Source of the DNA: Zancudomyces culisetae HAW-14-8
Lineage: Eukaryota; Fungi; Kickxellomycota
DNA length: 64,000 bases
NCBI GenBank assembly: GCA_052426225.1
Contig: JBNJNM010000011.1
Coordinates: forward strand, 2,790,001-2,854,000
Direction of reading: 5' to 3'
Shown: in pieces, positions 25,161-37,393 of the stretch
How the letters are laid out: each line of letters starts with the position of its first letter
How positions within the stretch are numbered: position 1 is the stretch's first letter
The notes under the pieces: model-generated
What the model was told of the DNA's origin: nothing
The model's database searches: none
What the model saw: only the letters and a program-made list of their open reading frames with translations
Translations under genes and position numbers: made by a program

Positions 25161-26090
25161 CGCGCCAGAAATACTAGTGCATTACTATTGTTTGAAATAA
25201 AATTCGTGCCTACTTATTTATATCCATAATACGTATACACCATATAAATATACACTCTTTGGATAGAGCCTTGTTTAAAAACGGATAAATAGTGTTATCT
25301 AAGCAAGGAAATATACTCGGTGTTGACTCGGATACAATCTACGCATAAAGGTAAGAACCAAGTAGTAAATAATAAAGTTCATAACCAGCATCAGCTTAAT
25401 ATTTGTGTTCGGTTGAACCATGTTGTTACCAACTCCTCTTTGGATACATCAGTCTATTTGCAATTCACATCATTTGGACTGGCATGGAAAAGTTCATTTG
25501 TTGTAAAATAAGGGTGTGGTGGTATATTCTTTTAAGATACTACCAGAAAATATTAATACCACTAATACCGGTTCATAGCAATTAAGTGTCTGGCTATCAA
25601 TTGGTTATGTTGATACATTTTTATCATCATCATCATCACCATTATTATCGTTGTTGTTGTTGTTGTTTCATATACTCAGTACGGTTAGGAATCTTACCTT
25701 AGAAATCCCTTTTGGTATCCGATTTGTAATATTTCAACTTCTACATCTAACATAGGGCTCCCTTCGACTTTCATTAGCTGTAAATATATAACCATTTGAA
25801 GGGTAAAAAATCAAATACACACTACTGATAACAGAGATATCTCAGGTTAAAGTACGCTGAGATTCAATTTTGTAAGTCAAATAGTAAAATAGCCCACTTA
25901 GAGCATTGGGTGCGTAATAAATAGCGCCACAACACTATTTGCGTTTGTACAGTAAAGCCTACTTGAACTCTCGAATTAGTCCAGGTTTACTTGAAGAAAA
26001 AGGAAAGGCCCACCTCCTTGTGAAGCCGGATGAAAGACGGTTATTAGCACTTGATTGATATCAATAATTTAACTTAAAGTAACATAAGAA

Positions 26091-28595
26091 ATGGTGCTAA
26101 TGTCGAACACAGTAGAGAAAAGTGAAGATATGAGTTGCGAGATAAAAAATTTTCCTATGGATTCTCCTCGAAATTCGCTAGATTTTCTTAATTCGGACAA
26201 GATGTTAGCTAAGGGGGCTGGCTTAGGAAATTTTCTGGAAGATATAAATCTCAATCTATACAAAAATCAAAATATTGATGAAGCTCAAAAGTCAGTCAGC
26301 CTGCTAACTCCTGAGGGAAATCAGACTGGTTGTGGCCTGGGCAGTAAGACAGACACAGATGGAGAAGCAAGTAGAAGAAAGTCCGATTCTATTCTCGCAT
26401 CTAAAACTCAAGGAGTGAATGGAAGTGCTCAGCTCTCGCGCGCTTCATCTAAAAGGAACCGCAAGGGATCAATGGACAGCAACATTCCTTCACAAAGTGG
26501 CGCAAAAAGTAGATCATATAGTGGAAATACTGGCGCAGGAGCTATAGATATAGCATTTTTACTTGATGGATCTGCACCACTGAAGACTCACACTTCAGGA
26601 AAATTACCATATTCTTACGCTACTCTGATAACATATGCTATTCTACATCATCAAAAGAAGCGAATGACTTTGAATGAAATTTACCAATGGATCCTCGAAA
26701 AGTACCCGCACTTCAAAACTGCAGGGTCTGGTTGGAAAAACTCGATTAGACACAACCTTTCGCTGAACAAGACGTTTGTTAGAATACCCCGACCAATAAA
26801 TCAACCAGGAAAGGGTGCATACTGGGCTGTGGATCTGAATGTACTAAGTGAGTCGATTTTCTTAAAAACTAGAAATAGGAGAATTTCTTCAGATATTTTG
26901 GCGCCAATGAATATGTGGCAACAGGCGAATAAACTTCAAAGGCTGGGTGCTACAGGTCTAAAACCAAATATTAGCATTCCAAATCAGCTTCAGATACCCA
27001 TTGCGCCATACTCGATGAAAAGCGCACTGAGGTATTCCGAGGGGCATCATCCTATGAATTCAGGTCCAGCTTCGGCCTATGGCTATCGCGACCAGTTTTC
27101 TACATTCGGTACTGTGGGCCAGTTCTCTAACTTAGGGAACAACCAGGGGTTCAATTTGCAGCTCGGAAATTCACAACCTCCAATCCACAACTACAACTCC
27201 GAGTACGGAGTTTCAAATTATCTGGGTATTTCTTCATGTAAAAACAGCATTTCATCTTCAGATATGTTGATCAATAATTACAACTTCCCTATGAACACCA
27301 ACTCTAGTAAAATTGGAGGAATGGAAACCGGGTTTTTACCCAATGGTGCTGAAAGGGTTGATATAAAAGATATGGACAATGTAAAAATGCCATTCAACCT
27401 GTCTGAAGGCTTTTCAAACGAAAAAGATTACTCTGCTGTTACTCCTGACGCTCGGAACCCGCACTTCAATCTAGGCCTCGGTCCCATGGCTCAAGCATCT
27501 TCTAATGACTTTACAAATTTTCACCAAAACACCACTTCCCCCACTTCAGTCAAATCCTCGGAGGAACAGAGGAACGTGTCGGACGTTCCTGTAAACTTGA
27601 ATAGAACAGCTGGTCATAAAAGAAAAATGGAAAATCAGAACACATCAACTGAACCAGCCAAAAATAAAAAGAAAAAAAGCAAGTCGGTTAAAGGTGTTAA
27701 GCTATCTGGTAATGCTTCTCAAAAAGAAGGCGGCAAAAACGGTAACTCCGTAGAACTTGGAGGGAAGCTCCAAGATACAGGAGTATCTGAGGAAAAGCAC
27801 AATACCAAGGTCGATGAAGCTTTGACAAAAGAAATGGAGTATCTTTTATCTTGTGGTAGCTATGCTTTGAAAGCATGTGGTACTGACACTAGCGTAGATG
27901 AGCTATTAAGCTGCCCAGAGGCTCTTGATTCTGAGAAAATGACTCTTCCTACTATCGATATTTTGGGTAAACAATTCCAAGCCAATGAGGCCAATAACAT
28001 GGACAGTATAATAACATCTGGTGGGTTGGACTTGGTTAACAGCAACACCTTCAAAATTCTAGTTAACGGAAATGAGCTTTTTGAAGGTTTCGAGGACAAT
28101 ACAGGCGCAGCAAGCAATCAAAACAATGAGATTGGATACTTCAAAAACAGCGTAAATTGCTCTGGGGTTACACTTGGTGATTTGAAATTTGAAGGAAATG
28201 GGAATAACGTGCTGGGAATGTATAATAATGGGAACTGCGATACCTCCAGCATCCTCGATACACATTTCAAAATGGATAATGGCTCTAACAACATTTCAAG
28301 CACCATGATCAATAACGCTTATGGAAAACAGGAATCATTTAGCTTTGGAGCTACTACCGAGGAACTCTGTGGTGGGATCCGATCAAATAGTTGTGACACT
28401 ATGGAAAACAAAGAGAATACTGTAAGAGCTAAGGCTAGCACCTCTTCAGATCCGAGAGATTTAGGGAGTAACGTTAATGGCGCTAATAGCGATGATTTCT
28501 TGTCAACGCTCACTAATATATTTTCAGTCAACACTAGTCATAATGGAAGCTCTGTGAGCTTAAATATTCAAAATAGCGTAGGGCACAACCACTAG
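26091..28595 (+). CDS. Forkhead-box transcription factor, FoxJ2/J3-like, no FHA domain, 834 aa
   Basis: KLPYSYATLITYAI...MTLNEIYQWILEKYPHFKTAGSGWKNSIRHNLSLNKTFVRIPR...PGKGAYW; NLS-like KNKKKKSK. Confidence 0.92.
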   Translation: MVLMSNTVEKSEDMSCEIKNFPMDSPRNSLDFLNSDKMLAKGAGLGNFLEDINLNLYKNQNIDEAQKSVSLLTPEGNQTGCGLGSKTDTDGEASRRKSDSILASKTQGVNGSAQLSRASSKRNRKGSMDSNIPSQSGAKSRSYSGNTGAGAIDIAFLLDGSAPLKTHTSGKLPYSYATLITYAILHHQKKRMTLNEIYQWILEKYPHFKTAGSGWKNSIRHNLSLNKTFVRIPRPINQPGKGAYWAVDLNVLSESIFLKTRNRRISSDILAPMNMWQQANKLQRLGATGLKPNISIPNQLQIPIAPYSMKSALRYSEGHHPMNSGPASAYGYRDQFSTFGTVGQFSNLGNNQGFNLQLGNSQPPIHNYNSEYGVSNYLGISSCKNSISSSDMLINNYNFPMNTNSSKIGGMETGFLPNGAERVDIKDMDNVKMPFNLSEGFSNEKDYSAVTPDARNPHFNLGLGPMAQASSNDFTNFHQNTTSPTSVKSSEEQRNVSDVPVNLNRTAGHKRKMENQNTSTEPAKNKKKKSKSVKGVKLSGNASQKEGGKNGNSVELGGKLQDTGVSEEKHNTKVDEALTKEMEYLLSCGSYALKACGTDTSVDELLSCPEALDSEKMTLPTIDILGKQFQANEANNMDSIITSGGLDLVNSNTFKILVNGNELFEGFEDNTGAASNQNNEIGYFKNSVNCSGVTLGDLKFEGNGNNVLGMYNNGNCDTSSILDTHFKMDNGSNNISSTMINNAYGKQESFSFGATTEELCGGIRSNSCDTMENKENTVRAKASTSSDPRDLGSNVNGANSDDFLSTLTNIFSVNTSHNGSSVSLNIQNSVGHNH

Positions 28596-29536
28596 ATAGT
28601 CATATATTACTTTCTGCTGCACTAATGAGGAAACCCACGAGTTGATACCCGTTTGACATATAGAAACAGTCTCAATCATACAAAAAAATAATGATCAAAA
28701 AAATATATAGATAAAAAAAAAACGCATGTGGTGTTAATACTAGAGCTCTTGGAAAATTTGTAAATGGGAGGGAGTGTATTATACAATGCAAGACGTCCAC
28801 TATCCGTATATAATCTTCCTACTAGTAGACAGAAACACCTTGCCAACACAAACACAGCAATACATAGCATTCTCTCCCCCCCCCCCCCTCCACTTTACAT
28901 TCATGTAAATTATTTTAATTTTTTATTATCCCTTTATTCTTAAAGTCTTTTTAGTTTCGCTTTATTCTCATGTATTGATAGCAACCTTGTAGTAAATAAT
29001 ACATATTTGTAAAATAAGAAAAGCAAAGCGTTCGAGTGGTATGTAATAGGGAGGGCCATGAGCTTGATATTTCTAGTAAATAAAATAGCGAATACAATAG
29101 TGCACCATTAATGAGCCAACATTTGGCGAGTTCTGAATACATAACCTAAAAAAGCAACATGAGAGATGTAATGCAATCCGAGAAATACCTACCATGAAAG
29201 GCGTTAAAACATTAGAAAGGTTAAATGAGTGGTACATTTTAAAGGTGTACATATATACACGCATAAGTGTATAGGGAGCGCATGTGAAAAACTCAAACCT
29301 GTTTACGCGTTGTGTCACAACATGTTAACAATATATACCTAAATCCATAATGTAGATAAACACGCAAATAGTACTGCACTATTTCTGTGTATTTTTCCAA
29401 AGATGAATACCTTTATTGAAATAACATCAATCGTTTTATAAGTTAAAGTATCTCGAGTGCGATAGTAAAAAAGAGTAGTTGTTAGCTCATTAGTATGTAG
29501 GGGCAAGTGGAGCCTTTTTACTGGGTGGAGATGCAT

Positions 29537-30796
29537 CTAGTTTTTGCAGTGCTTTGCAATAAACTTTTTTGCAAACTCCAGGAAATACAAAACATCGTCG
29601 ACAGTCACGGCATTGTATACGGATACTCTGATGCCTCCGACGGAGCGGTGTCCATTAATTTCGAAAATGTTGTATGATTTCGCCTCATTCACAAACAAAG
29701 TATCAAGGGCTTGGTTTTTAAAGTTGAACACGACATTCATTCTGCTTCTGTATCTTTTACACACTGGGGCAAAGAATATGGATGGGTTTGAGTCAACAAA
29801 ATCGTAAATCAACGATGATTTCTTCTCAGAAAGCTGCTCCATTCCATCAATACCACCATTCTCCAAAATATAATCAAATACCAAGTTGCAAATATATATG
29901 GAAAATGTTGATGGGGTGTGGGGCATAGGTCCTTTAGAAGAAAAGTAGTAGTAGCTAAGCACAGAAGGAATACCTGGTGGTGGTGGCAATGTAGGAGATC
30001 CAGCGGGTTGATTTTCTGGACTATCACGAACCAATAGATCGTTTCTAATGATCACAACAGTAGCACCAGATGGTCCAATATTTTTTTGGACACCCCCGTA
30101 AATTATTCCAAACTTGCTGACATCAAACTTTCTAGTTAGTATGTTCGAAGACACGTCGCACACCAGAACAACTTCATTGGTATCAACTGCAGATGTGATT
30201 GAATCTACGTTCATTTCGAATCCACCGATGGTCTCGTTATCACAGTAGTATATGTAGGCTAGTTCATCGCTTGGTGGCAAATCCCATTTTTCAGTAGGAG
30301 GTAAATCAAAGTATCCTTTCTTTATCTGTGGAACCCCAGCATCCGAGGCGTTGTCAAGCTCGACGGTCGACTCACAGTTTACAACGACATGGGCATTTCC
30401 CCCTAAATCTACGCATTCCTCATATGCGCTTTTCGACCATATACCACTAACCACATATCCACACTTCAATGTCTTGCCTTGGTTGTGTATCTTTCTTTGT
30501 TTGTCTCGCACTACTTTTGAGGACATGAGATTGAGGTAGGTAGCAGCAAAACCGCCGGTTCCACCACCATGCATGAAAAACACCGAGTATCCTTCCGACG
30601 GGATGTTTAGTAGCTTTCTCAGCTTCTGCTCGGCACCAGTAATAACGTCACCGAAAAGCTTTGAACGATGGGAAAGCTCAATTACAGACATCCCAGAATC
30701 TTGATAGTCCAAAAATTCGTCTCTGGCCTTTAGGAGCACTGGGTAAGGCATCATTGAAGGCCCTGCAGAAAAATTCACTGCTCTGTTTTTGTTCAT
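29537..30796 (-). CDS. SER1: Phosphoserine aminotransferase, 419 aa
   Basis: NFSAGPS, ELSHRS, YYCDNETIGG, QKNIGP (PLP lysine), RSRMNVVF, GHRSVGGIRVSVYNA. Confidence 0.95.
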   Translation of the reverse strand: MNKNRAVNFSAGPSMMPYPVLLKARDEFLDYQDSGMSVIELSHRSKLFGDVITGAEQKLRKLLNIPSEGYSVFFMHGGGTGGFAATYLNLMSSKVVRDKQRKIHNQGKTLKCGYVVSGIWSKSAYEECVDLGGNAHVVVNCESTVELDNASDAGVPQIKKGYFDLPPTEKWDLPPSDELAYIYYCDNETIGGFEMNVDSITSAVDTNEVVLVCDVSSNILTRKFDVSKFGIIYGGVQKNIGPSGATVVIIRNDLLVRDSPENQPAGSPTLPPPPGIPSVLSYYYFSSKGPMPHTPSTFSIYICNLVFDYILENGGIDGMEQLSEKKSSLIYDFVDSNPSIFFAPVCKRYRSRMNVVFNFKNQALDTLFVNEAKSYNIFEINGHRSVGGIRVSVYNAVTVDDVLYFLEFAKKFIAKHCKN

Positions 30797-31867
30797 GGCG
30801 CTGTTGTTCTCCTGTTTGTGTACCGCTTCGGACTGATACTACTATCAATATGTTGGTACTATTATCAAGTAGTACTGCTGATAAACTAAAGTTTACTGAG
30901 TTTATTTCTTTTATATCTCACTATATAAGTTTGGATTTATTGCCTTGAGATGCACATGAAATTACTCGCCAAAAAAATTTTCCCCCGGTTTTATCAGCTC
31001 AGCAATTGGATTTCTAGGGTAGAACCTGGAAACCACCAATAAAATGGAAAAAAACCCCCGCTATGATTTTGAAGTGGATTTGCCCTTATTATTCAGCAAT
31101 AAAACATATAAAGTTAACTATGAAATGCAATGCAGAAAATAAATAGTGCTCAAAACAGAAAATCTTAATGTATCACTAAGTGCAATTATAGGGAAAGAAA
31201 ATACCAATTGACTAACCAAAATCGCGCTATCTTGGAATGATCAAAAAATGATTTGAAATGGGCAGTAAAACAACACAGCAACGGGAATGCACCTGGTGGT
31301 ATCTGTTTTGTTAACAGTTTAAATAAACCAGGCAAGCTTCTCAACAGCAAATTGGTGTATAAATAGAAGAGTTGGCTAGTGGGTGACAGAGCTCGCTGGT
31401 TCAAGATGATCAGATAACTTTTACAATCCCTTATTTTTTTTGTTTCAGCAAGTTCAAACTACCATCACCATGATTTTCCACATGTAGAGAAAGCTCTCTT
31501 AGGTCTTACAGAAGAAAAAAAATTTTTTTTTGTAGGTTTCTAGGAATCTGCGTATTGATTTGCGTGAATTTTTTCAAGCCAACTCTAAAATATTCGATTA
31601 CTAATACAATACACAGAGAAAAAAGTCGTGGTTGATTAGTTGGCAAATAGCCAGCCAGCGTGCAATAACCGGGAGGGTAAAAAAAATATTAAAAAATGCT
31701 TTGTTCACAGTTTTGATCAATAGTATTGAATTTCTTAGCTAGAATAAAACACTGTTTTCAATTCATCTTTTAATCTGAATCAACTAACACTGGCTTATTC
31801 TTTGTCAACTAGTCTGTGGAAGAAAAAATAAAAACAAGAGGATATACAAAGGCTAAGGAAAAGAAAA

Positions 31868-33148
31868 ATGAAAATAGACTTAAATTTCGAATTAACACCG
31901 ATTCAGTTATTGGAAGGTAATTTGATAGCATTACAATGTTAACTATGAATTTGGAGGATTATTCAAGGCGTGTTTTTTTAGTATTAAGGAAATAAATGAC
32001 ATAATTTTATTTATTTACATTGTGTCGGCTTAAAATATCTCAATAATAATAATACTAAAGGTCACGGAGGAATGGTATGGCAAGCCAATTGGAATAGTGA
32101 GGGAACAAAAATAGTAAGCTGTTCGGGGGATAAGACCATAAGAGTATGGGAGTGCAAGAAAGTAGGGGAGAGCATGGAATGTAAAAATACACATGTGGTA
32201 AAGAATTCGCATAGCAGATCGATAAGATCGGCGGTATTTGAAGAGAACAATAAACAGGGAAATGAAAGAATAGCAGCAGCAAGCTTTGATGGAACTATTT
32301 CGATCCATCAATACAGTGAATTAAGCGATAGCTACAAATGTGTTTGCACGCTAGAGGGGCACGAAAACGAGGTGAAAAGTGTGAGCTGGTGCAAGGACAA
32401 AATAGCGAGCTGCGGAAGAGACAAAAGTGTTTGGATATGGCAGAATATATTAGATAATGACGAAGACGATGAGTTCGAGTGTATAGGTGTGTATATAGAA
32501 CACGAGCAGGATGTAAAAAGCGTCAAATGGAATAAAAAATACAATATTTTGGCATCAGCGTCTTATGATGACAGCATAAGGATATGGAGAGGAGCAAATC
32601 AACCAAACAACGGCGAGTACTACGAGGAGGAGGAAGAGGAAGAAGATGAGTGGTATTGTAGTCAAGTGCTTAATGGGCATGAATCTACAGTTTGGGATAT
32701 AGATTTCGATGGAAGTGGTAAATATATGGTTAGTTGTAGCGACGACTTGACAATTAGGATCTGGGAGTACAGCAATGGGGCAAATGGGGAGTTTCCAGGG
32801 GCAGAATGGAAATGGAACTGTGTGTATAAGGGTGGGAAAGAGGTGCATAAGCGTGCGATATACTCGGTATCATGGAGCAAGAACAATATTAACGAAAATG
32901 AAACAAATGGAGACATGGGATATATAGCAACATGTGGGGGAGACAATACAATTCGTATATTCAAAGTAACAAGCAACCTATCACAGGAGAATAAGAGAGA
33001 GATAAAAGTAGACTTAGTTATTGAAAAGAAAAATGCACACGGCCATTATGATCTCAACAGTATAAGTTGGAATCCGAAGGATAATGGATACTTGACAACA
33101 GCGGGAGATGACAAACTTGTAAAAGTATGGAAATTTACAACCTGTTGA
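31868..33148 (+). CDS. CIA1: Cytosolic Fe-S assembly WD40 protein Cia1/CIAO1
   Basis: Exons 31868-31916 and 32061-33148 (LEG/HGGMVW). Motifs: LEGHENEVKSVSW, SCGRDKSVWIW, EHEQDVK, LASASYDD, GHESTVW, SCSDDLTIRIW. Confidence 0.95.
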
Positions 33149-35803
33149 AGAAGTAGACATAGGCGAGGCTTGCGGCTTCGACAGGATCTGGGTGTTCAAC
33201 TACGCGGTCATCATTAAACATTATCCAGCGACTAGCAGAGCTACTGGGCGAGACATCCACATGCGAGACGTAGTGACCAGAGTGCAGTGAAGATCCTTTG
33301 TGCGAGATGAACGATTTGAGCCTGTATAGAGCAGGACTCAAGTCAGGCGTGGAAGGCAGTTGTGTAGAGGCTTCCTCAACTGCAGGGGATGATGGATAGT
33401 CTTCGATTTGATCGGGATTATTGAATAGATACTCGACCGCAGCAGCCATATCGCCACTGGATTTTTTCAGTGCTCTGTTCGCCTGTTGTGTGGTGAATCC
33501 CATCTCACATAACTGGTCGACTTGAGATTGGTCAAAGCTGGAGATCTCCGTCGTCTTTTTTTGTATCCTGGGCGCAGCTGGGGGTGTGTCGGAAGAAGTA
33601 ACCAGCTCAATATTGGAAATAAGATACTCAAGAGCCGCCTCAACATTTCCTTCATTGAGCTGGAGGGCATATTTACACCAAGGTTCTGGAAACCCTTGCA
33701 CTATCAACATATTTAGATCACCTTCGTTGACAGCCACCTCGACCTCAACCTCACCTTCATCGTCGCCATCAGGCATTAACTCTTCATTGTTACTTTTTCC
33801 TTCGACCTCCCATGGAGCTCTCAGCTCGTCGAGACTAGTCTCATCGGTCAGAGATACACTCATTGGATCATTGATTTTTTGGGGGACCCAGTCGACAAGC
33901 TCAAATCTTCTAACCTGTATAGCTAGCACCTTTGGGAACGTTACAAAGCGCATAGTTTTCTTCACTTTTCTTTTGGTTTTGCAATAGCTACATGCATAGT
34001 TGTCAATTAGCTCATCCTCACAAAGTGTTTTTATACAGTCAAAGATTGAAGCTGGCTGCTGACCCTCTTTATTCGCTAAAATAGGCACCGTAAGCGATGA
34101 TGTGCTGTATTTATTGTACCGGACTCTCAGACATTCTTGACACTGAATCTTTTCCTCAACCATAAACTCGTATATTTGACAGCTTTCCTTGTTTATACGT
34201 CCTATGCTGTCAACCATAAATTGGAAAAACTCAAAAGAATCTTGCTGTCGGGCATTTCCAAATACCACACTGTCTCTGCACAAAACATCCTTAAACATTC
34301 TTGGTGCAATCCCATATTTTGACCTCTGCTCCTCCGACCCGGCGTTTTCGTACCTTCCACACCATATTCCCTCTGCGAGTTTGTGTGTTTGGCATTCAAG
34401 ACACTTTGCCGTTCCGCTGGCGCTTCTACACTTGCCAAAATGGTCTGATGCAGTTTTGTAAAATTCAGCCTTGAATGCATCGCTAGTAAACACACACTGC
34501 ACAGCTGCAGATAGATAGCACGAGTTTCCCATATTCCTTAACCCTGTTGTCCCCTCCCCTTTGACTACCGCTTTCAGCATGGTTCCATCGTCTGACGTCA
34601 TTCCAAAATCCATTTTAAGGTTCTGTTCCAGCTGCAACTCCATCATTCCCTTTTCTGTCTTGCTTTGCTCCTTAACTTCAATCCCGAATGTTTTAAGATG
34701 TCCTTCCAGGTTATCATCTACTCGATTTTCATCGCACTTGTAACAATAAACATCCGCTGCCCCTGTTGTCGGCTCTATTGTTCCTAGCTTCACACTGCTT
34801 TCGTGTCCTGTGCTCGCATAATGCTCTGACGCATGATTGTTACCCCCGCTCCCATCATACTGCCGCCGCCCACACCCTACATGGCCACATACTAAACACA
34901 TCCATAGATTCTCTTCCTTGTCACATTTTCCACACTTTTTAGTTTCTATTTATGAACACAATTATTAATTTTTTGTTAAATACTCTCTTTCAAAACGACA
35001 CCTCGCCTCTTGTTATAGATCCTAAACCACATTCTTGTTACCTTTAATGTCGAATCCTTCATCGGAAATCCTTTGTTCTATGTTGTTTGTATGTGCACAA
35101 CTTATCACCTCCTCTCTCCACGCCTGTACTTCGCTCTTTTCCTTTGAGCTCATTGCGTCAATTATCCCCTTAATTGTGTCTCTAACCTATTTTTGAATTT
35201 ATATCCTTTTCTTACAAATTTTCCTCAAAATATACATTTTCTTGTTTGTCTCGATTTGCACACGGAATTGTGTGTTATTCATCTTACATTTTCAGGGACT
35301 GCTGTCTCATAGTTGTGGATTTCCCCACACTCTGCGCAATTGAGCTTGTAATATTTTTCGTATTTTTTCTCATTATTTCTTTCCTCTTCACATTCGTCGA
35401 TTTCGATTCTACTAATCTTCTTTGGTCTTTCATCCTTTTCCTGATCTTCAACGACGGATTTTCGAACCTTATGTACCTTCAAACTCAAGAAATGCCCTGT
35501 GTTGAATGCATGTAAATACCCGTGCTCACGTTCGCTACCCACACACCCACCATTAAAACATGTCAGACACACGCCTATTCCCTGGTTCATATCCTATGTA
35601 TCCGATATTGACTTTTTTTAAATATTCTTCCCCTCTTCTTTTTCGCCTTTTACACATCCTTGTAAAAAAAAACAAATGATAATGAAGTTACGTTACTTTA
35701 CCTCTGTATCGAAACACATGGTACATTCATCTTTGTATATGAATGTGTCTTTTCTGGCGGGCTTTATAGCCGGATTATTCAAATGTACACAAGAAACATT
35801 CAT
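33135..35803 (-). CDS. UBP14: Ubiquitin C-terminal hydrolase 14 / isopeptidase T (USP5/13 family)
   Basis: Exons 35803-35702, 35593-35288, 35186-35042, 34945-33135 in frame. Domains: YKDECTMCFD N-terminal ZnF, ZnF-UBP (NLWMCLVCGHVGCGR), Cys box GLRNMGNSCY, two UBA domains, His box ISHKGSSLHSGHYV. Confidence 0.95.
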
Positions 35804-36216
35804 CTTGTACTATTTTAACTGCTTTATTACCCAGCTGTTCGCTGTATTTTTTAATTTCGGTGATTGTTATTTTAGTATATTAAAGCAAACTAAACATCCA
35901 AGCTGGCAAAGTTTTTATTTAAAATCCGAAATACCTAACTAATTGCTGAAAAAATGTGTTGCTCCCACTGGACAAATTTCTAATCCAAGTTTAGTTTTAA
36001 AACCATTTTTACTAAACCAAGTTTTTATTTTGGACTCTGTCACCTTTATAGGTTTGAAGTCAACTAAACCAACCCCCCCCCCCCCCTTCCCCGCACTTGT
36101 AAATTCTGTTGTACTAAATAAACTAAAAAAGAGTAGGCAATGAAATATTTAGCGGCACGGACCTATTAACTCCGATTCCCAATTAGAAACGGAAATATTT
36201 TTCAGGGCAACTCTTC

Positions 36217-36247
36217 TCCCCCTCCCCCTCCCCCTCCCCCTCTCCCC
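36217..36247 (-). repeat. (GGGGA)n run with G-quadruplex potential, upstream of UBP14
   Basis: Repeated ctcccc/cccct units on +; a poly-C14 tract lies nearby at about 36073-36086. Confidence 0.6.
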
Positions 36248-37357
36248 TTCATATTCAGTTGCCTTTGCTTCGATTATGACTCCGTATTAGTTAGCATTTT
36301 CGTTCTGGGCACGGTTTAAAAAATATTACAACAACTATCTCCCACACTCTTAGTATACCTGTTCTTTCTAGATAATTTCCACAATGATGGTACCAAGTAA
36401 TCAGGATGTGACATACAATATGCTATAATGCTATTTAAAAAAATTTGGATATAAATTTTCAATACTATGTTTTCTCTTTGTTTATACACTTTATCAAAGC
36501 ACTTACTCTAAGCTGGCCCTCGATACCTGTATCTTTGGTCGTAAATATACCTTTCGTAGTCTCTCATTGTATTCCAAAAAGTGTTTCAGTACTAATATAT
36601 CTCGAATTTCCCCTCCTTGGTCTTCCCTTTTCGCTAAAATTCTTTTATTTCTCATTCTTCTTTGTTATTAGAAACCAGATACTTTGGGTACTTTTTTTAC
36701 GTTGACTGTTTGATATGTGATCTAGTTATTTGAAGTCAAAAAAATGAATGTATATGTATATGTATATGTACACATATATTAGCTGCTGATGCCTGGATTG
36801 ATCTATGTAATACCGGGTTCTATTTTTGCAAATTTTGCTTATGTGGTTTTCTGTACGTGAAAAACTACACAGAAAATAAAAGACAAAAATCTTTACAACA
36901 CATGCTGCTTAAATATACACATCCTTATTTTATTTTTTGTATTTTGTATTTTGTATTCTGTGTTTAACAAGTTTGTACAATCAAACTAGAATGATACTCA
37001 AGATGGTGAGCGTCAAACTTTGATAACATACCCTCTTTACAATGGAACTTTCTATTCGCAAGTCCTAAATAACAATTTTCCCGCGTTATACTTTAAAAGT
37101 AATTGTAACCTAGATTTACAACTACTCATAAAAATCAATGTCAATATTCAAGGGTTCACCATGTTCAATACACTTGTTCTTGGAATGCGTAATTCAGGTG
37201 TATATAAATTGATGCTTCAAAGAAAAGGGTGTTTCTAGGGTTCTTTTTCAATAACATCCATATCTATTCATTCCTGTATAAAGGCTATTTATGTTATTTA
37301 GGTGATCCGTAAAATGGCTTTTAAATCAAACAAATCAAAGCAATCAAACCATCTCAA

Positions 37358-37393
37358 ACTCCACTCAAAGCTCCACTCAAAGCTCCACTCAAA
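37358..37393. repeat. 12-bp tandem repeat (ctccactcaaag) x3
   Basis: ctccactcaaagctccactcaaagctccactcaaa, preceded by degenerate aatcaaa units. Confidence 0.85.

Noticed and set aside
33143-33148. Cys-TGA at the CIA1 end, and other TGA stops, as possible selenocysteine codons (some early-diverging fungi use Sec)
   Set aside because: The proteins are complete at these stops, none is a known selenoprotein family, and no SECIS could be supported.
36790-36820. ttgatctatgtaatacc resembling the 3' half of a TPP riboswitch
   Set aside because: The CTGAGA motif and P1-P3 helices are missing, and there is no thiamine gene nearby.
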